Shown here: piece after piece, positions 27,608 through 42,200 of the stretch
How the letters are laid out: each line of letters opens with the position of its first letter
How positions within the stretch are numbered: position 1 is the first letter of the stretch
NCBI GenBank assembly: GCA_003344405.1
Contig: NOWV01000120.1
Span: 62,001-126,000, forward strand
Direction of reading: 5' to 3'
DNA: 64,000 nt
Origin: Trichoplax sp. H2
Taxonomy: Eukaryota
Position numbers and translations under genes: made by a program
Notes under the pieces: model-generated
Seen by the model: only the letters and a program-made list of their open reading frames with translations
Databases searched by the model: none
Told to the model about the DNA's origin: nothing

Positions 27608-28642
27608 TCAGTTCTTTACAAAATCGGATAACATATCATGTAGCCTATTGACACAATCAACATGGCTTTTTATTTCATCAACGTAGTCCTGACTATACGT
27701 AGTATTATTCGTCACAGCGTTCGATAGAATTTCTCCCACAATTGACTTGTACTTAATTTCTTCGATTCGTAATTTGACCTAAAATTCAAGAGGTAACTGA
27801 GATATACTTGGAGAAGGACAAGATCGCTTAAGTTTCTAACGGCAATCTACAGTAAGCATTTAATTGACAGGAAATATCTGGAATTTACAAATTATTGCAT
27901 AGTGCATGTCGAACGACATGTGAGATAACAAATTAAGTCAAATGAAATCAGCTGTACTGTATTTACAACTGCAATGACTTATCAATGTCAAAATCATCCA
28001 TTTTACGAAAGAAATACTAAAATGCGTTTAGTCATCCTTTCAACTTACGTTTATTTCTAGTTGATCACATGCAGAATAAAATCGCGTCAGTGCTATGTCA
28101 AGTTGTTTGCTGAAATTCATCAAGCTAGAGTGGACAGCTGCTGGGCTAAGAAAGCAGTGAGACAATTAATTCATGTACCTTCACATGGAAGATCAAGGTA
28201 TTTTCTTTCCATGTGCGCTCATTCATTATCAGTGTATAAGTATGCCTATCCTCGGAGGCAAACCATTAATACTGGCGTGAAGTATAGCGTCTGCTATTAG
28301 TTGACTTTCAAAGCTCGTGTAGTGCCGTGAGTTTAGCACTTTAGTTCAATTCTTATTTACCTAATATGCACTACAATAAATTAGCTTGACTACAGCTCCA
28401 CGTACACGTAAAGTTGCTACTTGACAGTATCAGTTGACTCAATCAGTTGTCTCGAAATACAAGACTATGTGTCTGCAATCTCCTCGTTCATGATCTACTT
28501 ACTTGGGTAATTCCGTACTCGATGAAGTAGCCATATTGACATACTTCTGTAAACTAAAGGAAATAAGCCTCATAACATTGAAGATTAACTCTTGCATCTT
28601 CTGGGTTTTCTCAGACAGGTTAGTATTTGCTTCTTGTGACAT
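27608..28642 (-). CDS. MED29: Mediator subunit 29 (intersex) homologue, 3 coding exons, ~128 aa
   Basis: Exons 28503-28642, 28049-28124, 27608-27778; phase-consistent. FSKQLDIALTRFYSACDQLEINVKL matches MED29 FDKCLEEFYALCDQLELCLRL, and YVDEIKSHVDCVNRLHDML matches YLAVIKAQISCAKDIHTAL. An alternative short last exon near 27470 is possible. Confidence 0.85.
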
Positions 28643-29399
28643 CTTGTATTTCCTAAGAGTTGTAGGAAAAAAGCGAGTAATTTACGTTCAATCATATTTG
28701 AATGCAGGCGATGTCTTACAGTACGATATATTTCTGTACCACTGCATTTTCTATTCAAAGCATCACTAGATCTAGCAAGCATAAGAGTACATCATCCATT
28801 GTAGAGTACTGCAAAAGAACTATAACTATACAGTATGCATACAGTAAGTGTGCTACAGCACTGCTACTAGACTTGATAAAGCATAAGGTTTTATCTTGTG
28901 TAGTAAGTAGTTTCGAAGTAAATTTAACTTATTTCAAGTCGAGATCCATTTCCAATACTATACTGTACAGGATATCATGACTAGTATGCATTGATATCGT
29001 GACTGAACAATTTCGACTTAACAATAATTACTACTGTACTCGTCTAAGTGTACGCGTTGTGTCGATATATTTGGACGCCAATTCTTAATGACGACGCTAT
29101 CAATCAATCAGGCATAAAACGTCGAACATCAGCTTACCAATTTCAATTTTTAGGCAGAGACTTTCTGCTTTCTCATTTGATTTCTTGCAAGTTGTGTACA
29201 ACAGTGTCCAATTTCTGACTAATGCAAAGTACTCGTAAGCTGGTAGTAGCCTTCTCGTTGGGATTGCGGCCCGGCCACTGTCATACAGTTTAGTATTGTC
29301 GTGATCTTGGACCATGTCTGAACCAAACCATAGTTAAAGTTACTACACTATACAATGAGTATAGCCGCTGCAGCGGTATTCAGTGATACACTTGCCAAC

Positions 29400-30540
29400 A
29401 GTTCCAGTACAGTCTACAGTCCATACACTGTACACCGATTACAGTACGCTGTACATGTACTCTAACTTTTCAGCTGCAGCTTTATGATACAGTCAGTAAA
29501 TTTGGACGTGTAAGTTGTTCATCTGTTATAAGCCTCTCCTTATTATTAAGCTACGTTGATAGTACGGTATGAACTTTTTCCGGGAGTTCGAAGTCTTCGC
29601 TAGACCCCCGCCAGTTGATGGAAAAGTTCTTAATGTACTTAGCTGAAATGGCTGCCAGTTTCAGCGAAGAACTTTTCATAAACTGACACAGTCATGGACT
29701 GCTCAATCTACAGTACAGTACTTTCAGTAGCCCATGACACCGTACAGTGTACAGTACAGTTGTGCAACGTGGACCAAGTGGACAATTCAAGTCAATGAAG
29801 TCAAAGGCCAACTTCAAGACTCTGGATGTACAGTCGCTGTCGTACAGTCCTGTAGAATGGAGTATTCTGAATACTGTACATCAAATTCATGAAACAGGCC
29901 TGTATAATAGGATAACACTATCCCTCTATTTGATTGTCAACTTTAATTTTACTTGAAACAAAATTGAGTCATTGCACGCCTAAGTTGCGCTACCGCAATC
30001 GACAGCTTTTTTTTTTGGACGACGTCCAAATTGCTTTCGTCGTCGTTTGTTTAGCGAGTTCTACAGTAGAGTACAGCGCAGTGGAAGCGCACAGTACAGT
30101 ACAGTGTACAGTACGCTAACGGAATACTGTACACTGTAATATGGGAGTACAGCACAGTACATACTGTACTGTACTGTACTGTATACAGTACAGTATGTTG
30201 TACCGTAAGCAAGTACTGTAGAGTTCCAGTGCACAGTACACTGTACTGTACACTGCACTGTAGATGGTGTAGAAGTCGCTGATGAAAGCAATGTGGACGT
30301 CGTCAAAAGCGCTGCCAATTACGGTAGCGCAACTTAGAAGCACAACGACTCAATTTGATTTTAATTCAATTTCAAATTGGTATTCAAATAGAAGAATACA
30401 GTAGTGTTATCCTATTATGATAATAATACAGGCCTATTTATTGAATGGATTTGACATACTGTACTGTACTGTACTGTACTGTACTGTATTCAAAATACTG
30501 CATTCTACAGTACTTACTGCAAAGGACACTACGGTACACT
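29400..30540. repeat. CAGTA/TACTG island 4, in the MED29-CEPT1 bidirectional promoter
   Basis: Tracts at about 29400-29460, 29705-29760, 30060-30265 and 30455-30540. Confidence 0.85.
29850..30510. mobile_element. 661-bp foldback / long inverted-repeat element (arms ~29850-30064 and ~30268-30510) with a CAGTA-rich spacer
   Basis: Colinear inverted blocks: ctgtagaatg.agtatt.tgaatac / gtattcaaaatactgcattctacag; aggcctgtat...ataataggataacacta / tagtgttatcctattat...atacaggcct; aaattgagtc / gactcaattt; ctaagttgcgctaccg / cggtagcgcaacttag; gacgacgtcca.attgctttc / gaaagcaatgtggacgtcgtc. Confidence 0.75.
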
Positions 30541-30826
30541 ACCATGACATGCGCAATTCACGGTGTCCATCAAGTAATATCCTTTTGTCTAAGGTCAAGC
30601 TGTGGTAGGTCCATGATGGGCCCCATCTAGGTCACACCATCATCTGTCATGCGCACTGCTCATCGGGTGCATGAGCAGAGGCAAACGTGAGTGTTTGGAT
30701 CGCCAACATTTGAAAGCGGACTGGAAAAGAAATTGAGCAAAGTGAAGAGTGTACACAATTAATTTGACTATTTCCTTGAGAGACAAGCTCCAATCTGACA
30801 GTCATTATTCTCATTAGCTAGTAGAG

Positions 30827-33772
30827 ATGATTGGCTACCTAACAAAACAACAATTAGATCGTCTTAAGCAGCATCAATATTCGGTTATTGGTCAGTCTGC
30901 AACGGAAAGCTTTCTGCAACCGTACTGGTGTTGGTTAGTCAAGCAAGTGCCACTATGGCTAGCTCCAAATCTTATTACCTCCCTTGGGTTAGCAGTCAAT
31001 GTTGTAACAACAGTCATTTTAGCTTGTTACTGTCCACTGATGACCGAAGCGGTGAGTAAGATTAACTCCAATCTTTCATACCATAAATCAATCATAACCC
31101 AATTGCTCAATTGATTTGTCTACCCTTCCAAAGTCTTGATCAATCGGTACTCTGTCCACGTTAAACTACCGTATAGACTCTAGTCAGACTGCAAAGGCCA
31201 TAAGGTAGCCAGTATCGTTTCAAACGGTCTTGACAAATGGCGATCTTGTAGCAATCTTATAGCATATAGGATAGATCGATCCTAGGTAGTCCCTTATTTT
31301 GTAAGTCCATCTCTTTGACTACATTGTCGTCCTTATTGCAGGTTTCCGTAATATTAGATCTCACAGCTAGTTTACTTTCTGAATTCACTCCTAGTATTTT
31401 CTAGAGACAGTACAGTATATACAGATGTAGTAGTATGAGTACAGCGCCATCCTTGGACATAGTTGCATAATGTTGTCAAGATTCGAATCGATGTTTTCTA
31501 TTATGATAGCATCATTCGAGATAGACATCTTGGTCAATGTTAGACCTGAAGCTAATACTTACCATGGCTGTCATTGATCTCTTTTAAAGGCGCCATGGTG
31601 GGTATATTTCCTGTGTGCCGTAGGCCTCTTTGCCTATCAATCGTTAGATGCAATCGATGGAAAACAAGCTAGAAGAACCGGCAATCAGAGCCCTTTAGGT
31701 GAATTATTCGATCATGGATGCGATTCTATTTCTATGATATTTGTCTGCCTTGGCTTGAGCATCTGCATGCAGTTTGGATATAATTATGCCCCGCTATTAA
31801 TCTTCACAACTTCCGCTCCATTTCTATTTTATTGCTCTCATTGGCAAGCTTACGTCACTGGCACTTTACGATTTCATCAGTAAGTACAGTAGAAGGAAAT
31901 CTTCAGGCATACTCTGATACTATCGAGAACGATGATAATGAATATGCTACAAATTAAGATGTACACTCTCTTTTAAAGTACTCTAATGTAAATCAATGTC
32001 TTTGACTATAGCTATTATTATACAATTTTGCCACCCTTACAATTTGCTAGTTTAGTAAAATAAACTATAGGTACGAGCGTAGATGAAGTATTCCATTCTT
32101 TGAATAACGTAATTGATAGGCAATGACATTCGATGGATTCAACTGAAGTTATCGCTAATGAAAATAGAGTTGCTCAACCTTATTAATTGACCGACTTGTG
32201 CTGTACATCATCAACCTATCTTTTAGACTGATTAAATATAAATCAATTTCTTTCTGATTGCCATAGATAAAAACGCTAAAATAACATGAAATCAGTGTAG
32301 AAGCGATTCTATTTGCTAGTTACAAAGAAGTTAATGTCCATAATAACAGAGTATATGTCCTAAAGATGAAAATTGATTTTTTCTTTTGTTTTGCTTTCCT
32401 TATCGATGATGATCAATTATGTTCATATGGCATATAGTACTGGACATACTCCAATTCTGTGATAGAATGTTTATTATTAATGATTACCATTTCTAAGTAC
32501 AGCTCATTTTTGCCGATAATGCTAAAGTTACTCTATAAAGTTCATCGGCGAAATGGGTCTACATTGAATTTGATTTCCACAACTGGTTCAATGAACATAA
32601 AACATGCATTTCGCATTTTACTGTAGATTTGATGTGACTGAAGCTCAATTGATTGTCATTACGATGTTCATACTAACATCGATTTACGGCCCGCAAATTT
32701 GGTCATTTCAGGTTAGAAAACTGTCCATAACTAAAAAGTTTTATTTACTTTACGGTCATGGACGTAAGCTTACAAGATTATTATCAGTATAAAATAATCA
32801 CATATATGTTATTGCTCTCATTATTTAATTTGATTCTTGATCCATTCTACGCGTATAAATACTATTTAGACGGACTGACTGAGTCCAAATATTTTTATGA
32901 CACCCTTCGTGTCTGTATGACACTCAATACAAAAGTAATATTAAACGTGGAAACGCTGTCCTATCTTAGCTACTAGCACTAATTGCATTCTTTTATCAAT
33001 AACTTTCAGATCTGGAATACTGGCCTTAATATTAAGGAAGCCATAGTTATTTCCTCTATAACAGGGGGATTAATAACAATTGGTCTACATTTAAGAGCCG
33101 TTCTAGGAGGAGGTCCAGGAAAAAATGGAACAACTATTGCTGTAAGTGTTTGTCTTAAGTGAATTATAATTCTAGGAAACAATTTTAATGATTAGGTCCA
33201 CTTCGTTATATTCTTAATTAATAGGGTAACAGCGTTATATCACCAGCAATTCCAATTGGATTTATGATGGTTGTATTTTCTTATATATGTGCAAAATCTG
33301 ATATATTACAAACGCATCCGACCTTGCTTGTCCTGGGCGTATCGATTGCCTATGCGAAGTTAACAATGCGACTTGTGGTCAGCATAGCTTACATAGTTGC
33401 TGCGACAATTGAGTATACGCTTCTTATGACATTTTCCTTTTGTATTTTTATTTAAAGGTAGCTCATATGTCAAAAAGTGCTATGGGATTTGCAGATAGTG
33501 CTATGATATCTCCTATTTTATTGGCTCTAAATATTTACCTTGGCAACATAGTTAACCCTTACATGTTACTATTATTTTGTTCGGTAAGTGAAGCTGTACC
33601 AAGTAAAAATTATAAATTATCCTTTACCATTAGTTTATTTGGTTCGTTATTTTCCATGTAGGTACTCTCTTGGTATGATGTTCTCCATTACTGCTGGGTA
33701 GTTGTATTACAGATAGCCAGGCATTTAAGAATTAACGTCTTTACAATCACGCCAAAGTTATCCAGTAATTAA
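30827..33772 (+). CDS. CEPT1: Choline/ethanolamine phosphotransferase (CEPT1/CHPT1 family), 7 exons, ~373 aa
   Basis: Exons 30827-31051, 31590-31879, 32627-32711, 33010-33141, 33225-33377, 33458-33583, 33662-33772 (1122 nt). Motifs [13 protein letters not shown]-alcohol phosphotransferase [55 protein letters not shown]. Confidence 0.93.
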
Positions 33773-35692
33773 ACGTTAATATCTCCATATACTATTGTAT
33801 ATCGCGATACACTTTTAAGCCAATCTTAAGTCGTTTAATTAGAACGAAAATCTTATGGTATAGTGGAAATTTTATTACAACATGCAATGAAGCAACATTT
33901 ATTATAGTAATTATAAAATTATTGTACATGAAGTATTTTCAAATGTGCTAATAGTATCGAAATCAATCTTTGTATGCATATTTGATAAAAAATTTTATCG
34001 TAATGCAACTGCATATCAAGGTACAGTTTATGAACTTCTCAACAGGCTCCAAGTAATATCAGCTAAAACTATAATTATTACTGTCTCATAAGCTGTATTC
34101 TATATAACTTGAATACAGTACGTCGAAGTGTCTTATCCTATAACGTTTGACTTTTGGAAGCGAATTGAAGCAACTTCATTTTCATACCATTTAGTAAGAA
34201 ATGATGGTGTTACTCATTGTACAATTAATAGACTACGGTATTTGATGTGTTTATTGTCAACTTGATATATGGTTGATAACTACTCTTTTGTATGCTGTTC
34301 TGCTTCATTCTGTTCTACATTTCTTTGATTGCTACTAATCTTGGAGATAATAATCTCATTTTCGTAATCAAATAACTCTATTGGTGAACTTATGTAAGTG
34401 TTTTGAAAAGTACTTATTACAGACCTATCATTGAAGTGAACTGTAACGTCTTCATATTCTGTAAAGCACTTACAATCCGATATCTAGATGTGCGGATCTG
34501 CGTCTCCTACTGATCTCAATTCTGTGTAGGAACTATTTACAATAGCGAATTAATTACAATTAGAGGATTTAATCTTTCTGAGAAGAATAATAGTAACTTT
34601 ATGATCAAAAGTTACATTACTTCAAAAATTAATCAATTACTGTCTTAGAGCGAGACTAACTACTTTCTGAATAAGAATCTGACGAGTAGGCAATTGACAC
34701 TTTTACTCCGTGTATTATTGATGTACAGTATATTTGCTCTTGCGAATGTACGCGTATGCATATATATATATATATATAATAAGAATTGCTGTATCGATTC
34801 TATTTTGACATTATATCTGTGCAAATAAAAGACAATTCACAATTTTTTAGTACAAGCTTATTTATTAGTGAACTGACGAATTTTTGCTCGATGTAACATC
34901 CACTGCATAAAAGCTGTAAATATACAAGTTAGAATTTAGTATCGCTATTCAACAATACGAACCAGCTTTTGTATATTTAAAATGGCCAATGATCAAATTA
35001 TGCATAATACAAGAAGAGCTACATGCAAAAAGTTATTAATGTGCATACGTACATTGCCATTGTGGCAAAGAAAGCTGATTCATCACTAGCCAGCTATTAC
35101 ATAAATTGCTATCCGTTATAATTATTATTTATTTATTCAAATTTCGATTCAATTTCTTACCTGGGTCAGTTAATAAATATCAGCAGAAATGCTTATATAG
35201 TATAATTACATTACCTTCACTACAAATACTTTACATACTTTATAAATTTATTTATGAAATTATTGTAACGTTAGACTTCATTTGTACCGTTTTTTGAGTA
35301 CTCTATATAACGGCGAACGTAAAATCATTTTATCAGATTTGATTAACGAAATAATTCGTTTAAATTACATAAAACTCTTAATACAGTTACTTCGTAGATA
35401 AACATAATGTACAAAAGATTTGATATCCACGGTAAGATTATATGATACACTTAGCTGATATCAATCTGATAAAATTTAAATTTAAACCTTTAATAATATT
35501 TAATTCTGAATAATTCAACCCGAAACCTATGATCAAATGTGTTGCTATTATAAAACTTCAACGGACTTGAGCTGAAAGTGAGTTAACACCAAAGGACTAT
35601 GTATTATTCATGGAACGACTGTATCCAAGATCCCAAATTACAGAAAATTCTATTTATTATAATATTATTTAATACAGTATAAGAAGTTAATG

Positions 35693-38600
35693 CTACACTT
35701 TGAGTGGTTTTGGTGCAGAACTAGCTAAATCTAATAGTGCGCCAGCGCCCGCATAAGAATCCATCTCAACTGGGTCCTTACAAGTTTTTAATTTCTTCTT
35801 ATGTGGTAGACTACTATTGCTGGTAGATAAATCGATATTGACATCATCGGCTGCGTATCCACTATCGCATAAGCTACTCCCTTTATTAGTATTACTTTCA
35901 TCCTCATCCGCGGTGAAACTATTATTTAAGACGTCTGATTCAATAAATCCATCATCCACTTCAGTCATTTCATTGTCTTCAGTCTTTAACTGTTTTCCTG
36001 TGTCATTGCTGACAGTAGAAATAGATTTCTTTCCTGGTACATTAACTATTGCTCCTGCAGCAGCTAGTGACATCAAACCAGGAGCTAGACTTTTGTTATT
36101 TGTAACAGCATCGGATTGGTTTCTATAAAATGAGAAAGATAATGTTAACTGTAATTGAATATGCTGCTGCTTAGAAATAGTTATTAGTTTGCCGTACTTT
36201 TCGGAATGATCATGGCTATCAGTGGAGGATAGATGATTTTTACTTTGATCTGAAACATTTTCGGATTGTGTTTCTAATAATTCCCAATGAATGATGTTAG
36301 ACAATAATTTTAAATAAGTGAAATCATGTACTATTGTACAAAAATGTCTCTAATAAAGCTGTAAATACTGAAGACATATTGTTAAGTATAAATCCATTCA
36401 CTAAGCTAAGGAAATGACTACCTGAAAGCGTTTCCGATTTTTGTACAGCCTCCGTATCATTGTTTAAATTCATTTCTTCTCCTTCACAACCTAGAATTAA
36501 ACAGAGTTCAATTTCGTTTATTCATTGTACGAAACATATCATACTAGATTAGTAAAATGATGGTAATATTACTTCTTAAAAGATTTTATTTTTACAAAAT
36601 TACCTTTGATTAGGCTAGATTGGCTTTCATTGCCTAGGCTGTTAAGTTTGAAAATTGAATTATAATATTTAATATAATTATAGAAACCAAAAAATAAGTC
36701 TTAGAATTCGATTGAATGTTGCTAACGTGGCAACGTTGCTGTAGTATATAATCTAAATTTCTATTTACTTGATATTTCCAGCTTGTCGTTTAAATGTCAT
36801 ATACGAAGTTTTCTTCAGAGTTTGTAATAGATTTGGACGATATTCCTGATCTACACACCATAATGACCCTTTGCCAACCGCCTATAATTTATGATAAAAA
36901 ATATAAAGCATTTATCTTTAGTAAACAAAATCATACAAACTGCAGTGTTGTAAGACAGCATACGACGAAGCTGTCTATTTATTATTGCTTGAAATATTTT
37001 ATAGGATTTTATTCAGTAAAGAGCTACAATTTTTGACATTCTATAGCCGTCTTATGATAAAGTACAATGAGCCGATCAAAGATAATACGATTAGTTCCAT
37101 AATATGTTTATATAGGACGATACAAGTGCATTAGTTACAAATATTCCATACTTTAAGTTGTTAATATTATTATAAAGTACCATGATATGAACATAATTAC
37201 AATTATCTGTACATAAATACAATATACGTATATATTACAACAAGAGCACGAGAAAATTTATGTCTGATATCGAATATTGTACTGGGAATACTTCATACTA
37301 CCATTATAACAAAGGTATATGTACTTTCATCATCAAGTATCGTATTTAATATTATAAAGCATACAGTATTCTTTTATATTGCGGCTAGATGCCTGAATTC
37401 TATTAGATAACTCACGATTTTACGACATAATTAGATGTGAGGAAAAGTTTTACTAGTATAAAGTATTATCTGGCTTTATGCTATAATAATTTTTAGGACT
37501 GATACATTTTCATCTCATCTATTTCACTATTTTAAATCATATTATAAAGTGAATTTAATATATTCATCTTTCATTGAATTTTTGTGACCTTCGTATCTAT
37601 TTATTCAAATTGCCAATTTTTACTGGAGAAATGCAACAAAAATTATAATAAATTCATAGACAGATGTCACAAGGATTGATTGAGCCATTATATATCAAGG
37701 AGAAATGGTCTTTTACAACACAATTTTTCTCATAATAATAATTATTATAATTAATCCGATGAAATCGCAATTAGATCTACTGTAGCTACGAAAATTAAAT
37801 GGAGGCCTCTAGAAATTGATTGTGTTACTATGACTTATAATCATGCTGATTTGCAGTGTGTTTATGTTGCATCTATATTTAGAACCTTTCTGCTTCCGTG
37901 CTAAAAGTAGTAAACTCTAATAAGCTATGTCCTATTATTATTGAATACGTAAATAAACGCTTAAATGCCTTTAAGTTTTAAGTGTAAGTTAAGGCTCGAG
38001 TATGGTTCCCAACGAAGTGCTATTGCAGGACATCTTGTGAAACTGAATAAAACTGATTATACTCGTAGTATTGAAGTATTCACTACCTGCTTGTGATTTT
38101 AAAACAATACTATTATTTTAAATTTATTCCGGTGTTAAACATCTGTGATATCAAGATAAACCTTTAAGCTAATTGTTACGAACTTAGCGGTTAACAAGTA
38201 TTTATAACAATTGAGTCATTAAGAAAAAATGAACTTTCGAGAAAATTGCGTTAGGAACTAGCATACAAAATTATGCAGATCGATGTCGTTAACACTCTTT
38301 TCATGTTTTGTTATTAGCTAGGAATTGATAGATCCCTTATCAATGGGGAATAAAATATTTTAGTAATATAGCAGAAGCCATTTAGTATGTAATTCAGTTT
38401 GTGTTTTGACTACTTATTATAACATTAAAAATATTTGAGGCAAAAAGTAATTTATGGTAGTAATCAATTTTGGCGATATGGCTCTAGATTGTGCTCAATT
38501 TTGGGCCTTAAGTGTTACTCCAGGCACGATCTTGGCATGTTAATGATATCATAGTTATTTTAACATCAATTTGAATACTCAATTTTTTCTTATCTTACCT

Positions 38601-39264
38601 GCCCTTTTTCTCTATCGACTTTCTTAAAACATTTATTCAACGATAGATTGTGACGAACGGAATTTTTCCAACCAGTAGGGGCACTTTTGAAGTAAGGAAA
38701 ATGCTCCAAAACCCATGTATAAATATCTTTAACAGGTAACATTTTACGAGATGAGTTTTCAATAGCCATAAAAATTAATGAAGGAAATGAATAAGGCGGT
38801 TTACAGTTGATATCATGACAACTATCATATTTATTATCGTCGTTGTCAACATGTTTATTATTGTGATTGCCAAGGCTAGCACGTTTATGGGCAGCTGCAG
38901 CTGTTACAGTCGATCTTAAGCTTGATGTGGAAGAAGTGGGTGCCGATTTACTCCTAAAATGACCATGATGATTCCTCTTATTTGAATGGCCTGATAAGCT
39001 TGCACGATAGCCATGATTACCAGTTGCTAATACAGTTGGTATATTATTGATTAAAGATGTTGACTGTAGCCAGTTTAAGTTGGTTAAGTCATCATCACCT
39101 CCATTGCTTTTAAATAACGCAAAACAACTCTGGGATAAATTATGCTTAGCATGCTGAGGTCTCTTGTGCTGTTGTAGTGCGGATGCCAAAGTAGCTGCAT
39201 CAGCAGAGAATGATAAAAACTGCTTTTGCCGATTATTACCTGTTTCCTCTTGATTTGCCATCAT
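35693..39264 (-). CDS. FOXN2/3: Forkhead transcription factor FoxN2/3, 6 coding exons, ~462 aa
   Basis: Exons 38599-39264, 36769-36881, 36604-36638, 36422-36490, 36198-36273, 35693-36122 (1389 nt). N-terminal [10 protein letters not shown] motif; forkhead [15 protein letters not shown]...[44 protein letters not shown]-terminal AGALLDLA. Confidence 0.92.
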
Positions 39265-42200
39265 TGCTAAATGTAGAAAATTCTTTAAAATATTTTCTTT
39301 TTTTTGTCACTCTGATGCTAGTCAGCGGTTACAAAGTGACAAGGGCGATGAACCTATTAACATCATCATAGTAATAGTCGTCAGTAATAAAGGATAAGAA
39401 ATTGCAAACTACGTACAGTTTGCTTTTAGCCAAAGAAAACGCTGTACATTATCTTCAATAAGACATACATGTATGACCAATAGTGCATGTTGAAGTAGTC
39501 TACTAGTTATTAAATTTCAATTATCCTTAGTGTGTCAAAGTGATTGCATCAAATACGTGTACAAACGAAGAATTTAGTTTGAATCATAGCTAGCTGTTTT
39601 TCGTAATGGTTTGTTTTAACAATAAAGATATATAGCATCATGTTGTAAGGAAATAAAAGCTAGCTCTAAAGTAATAAAAAATATTTATGTTAGCCTTTCT
39701 CAAAGCGATTGTAATAATAGGTTAGTGCTAATGAGACAATTTAAAGGTAGAAGTGCTACAAAGTAATAAGGTGCTTTGATGTCCGTTCTTTTCCTATATG
39801 CCGCTTTATGTATTTGTAGCACTATTACGTTTCAATAATAAGTGCTGGGCCACTCTGCAATATTTACTGTCAAATATAAATGTACTAAGTCTTGGTTTAA
39901 TTCTTTTTATCGCATCTGTTATCATCTCGTTACGATTTATCCTACACAGCATCGATTATCACCGAAGAATGATAGTATAAAGATGTATTCATGAAGCAAG
40001 AAGCCACTTCAATAATTCACACTATATTCAAAATTGATGTCGAATCTGTAACATCAGTGGCTTTCACTTTTCTCGGCTATAAGGCAATAGATGGTCGATT
40101 TAAGCTTTCATTAAAAGTTTTTCATGGAAATAGGAATGCACAGTACGGCATTGAATTGTCTGAGTAACCGAATTAATCTAAAATTAAGGGTAAACGTAAC
40201 GAAGTTTCCTAGCCATGCCGATGCTAGAAAACGTAATACATTTTTGTGCCGCTGTATTGCATAGTATAGCCAAAGCATGATGATTGATCTTACAGAGATA
40301 GAAAGTACTGTATTTTAATCATTTGAAACGATTGAATCTTATTACAGTATTAACCTTTAGTATTACGATCAATTATTAGCAGTAACCGTTTCTGAAGTTA
40401 TAAGTAAGTTCATGTTAACAAAACTGATTCTCTAATCGATGATAATAGCTTATAATCATGTTTAGTCGTTGATTCTTGTTCATAGTTAGCAGGATAAAAA
40501 ACTATACGAGATGATATTTATGATCGGTTAGGTATAACTACAAGCACAAGTTCGTAGAAGAGTATAGAGTACAACGGTTCCAATCAGAAGGGATAATTTT
40601 CTATCTACCCCCCAAAAGTCAGTTGAATTCATGCATTCAATGAATTAGTTGCCGATTGATAGGTGAAAAAGGTAACTTTTAAATTTGTTATTCTAATCAT
40701 TATTAGCATTGAATTCTAAAAGTGAACAAAACTTACTGATGGAGAAGGAGATACCAATCAGTTCCCAAGTGAGTACTATCCTATTACAAAATCATGTAAA
40801 CTAGAATCAATTTTAAAAGCTTATTCGATGCGATGATCAAAATTTGTCTTGTGTCGACTGCAGTCGATGAATCTTTGCTTTATCAATTCCAGTTTAATAT
40901 CCAAGGCAATTATCAATATAGCGATTCCTTAGGACTTTATCTTAATTGTCTGAATTGTATATATACAGAAGTTAATTCACAATTATAGTTACGGTCGACA
41001 GATAAAAATAAAGACCCTTTGGAAGTTTTTTGATCAGACATTCAGTAATTTCAACTTCTGTACACTGAAAGTACAAAAGCTACCAAGCAACTCGTGACCA
41101 AATACGTTTTACCATGGCAACGCTGGACCAATCATGGAACTAAAGAGAAGTAATTACTTTAGTCGAGAGCGTCTTAACTGATTACTTCCACGGTATGGCG
41201 GTAAAGAGCAATAGTTATGATTGGTCAAGCGCATTTGTCAACAGAATTGTAGCATTTTGTCGTCGTGGCGACCATCTAAACGTAATCAAATGGGAGGTAC
41301 AAAGTTAGAAAGTAGTTACATCCAGCTGTGTCCTAGCTAGGTAGCATAGTATACTGTACACATAGCATGGCCAAATAATTGGCATATTTAGACTATATTT
41401 GTAACCAGTCGTTATGGTATTGGCATTTCATTTGATTTAAATCACTACTCTCTCTTTGGTCTCTCGTATGCAATCTTGTAGGACAATACGATCTGAATAT
41501 TGGCACACTAGTACCAACATCATTAATAGACGATCGGTCAAGGAGAAGAGTTTCCAACTTCCACCCACGCGACTATTTCTTCCCTGTAAAATTGATTTTT
41601 TGTCTTTCGGCATTTTAGAGTAGCAATAGTGATATATTTTTGAAGTCATTTGACCGACTTCAAGAGACCACCCCAGAACATACTCAAAATAGATGCATAG
41701 ACATGCGAGCTAGGCGCATATTGAAGATGCAATAGTTTTCTACCGACACATTAATTGATTGATCCATGATCCATCTGGTCAATAATGAGTTCTTAATGCC
41801 ACTTGCGATTGCGTGGTGACATCATTGGATAAAATGCATGTGCTTTGCAACAGCTTTTATTGATTCTACATTTTAAACCATTGCTTTGTGCCTTTTTTGG
41901 TGAAATACGTCGATAGACTGCAAGTCATGTGAATCAATCGCAATGTGGTCAACACAGTGTGTGATATCATGACTATATCTTCAAGAAAGCATGGGAAGCA
42001 ATTGACTTCATCGTCATTGCATTTTATTTTTTGAAATACGATACTTCTTGCAGCTATGTGTCAATTCATCATAGACATGAATACAATCACGCATTGTGAG
42101 TCATAGTATCGTCAGAAATTTCTACATGGGAATAATTATATATGAAATCGCTGTAACGCTGGTTATCTGGAATTGAAATAGTAGATTCTCTACTACAATA

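Noticed and set aside
41195-41620. Possible small plus-strand gene (MAVKSNSYDW... joined to an exon at ~41482)
   Set aside because: Donor and acceptor phases are incompatible and give an immediate stop; no recognisable domain.
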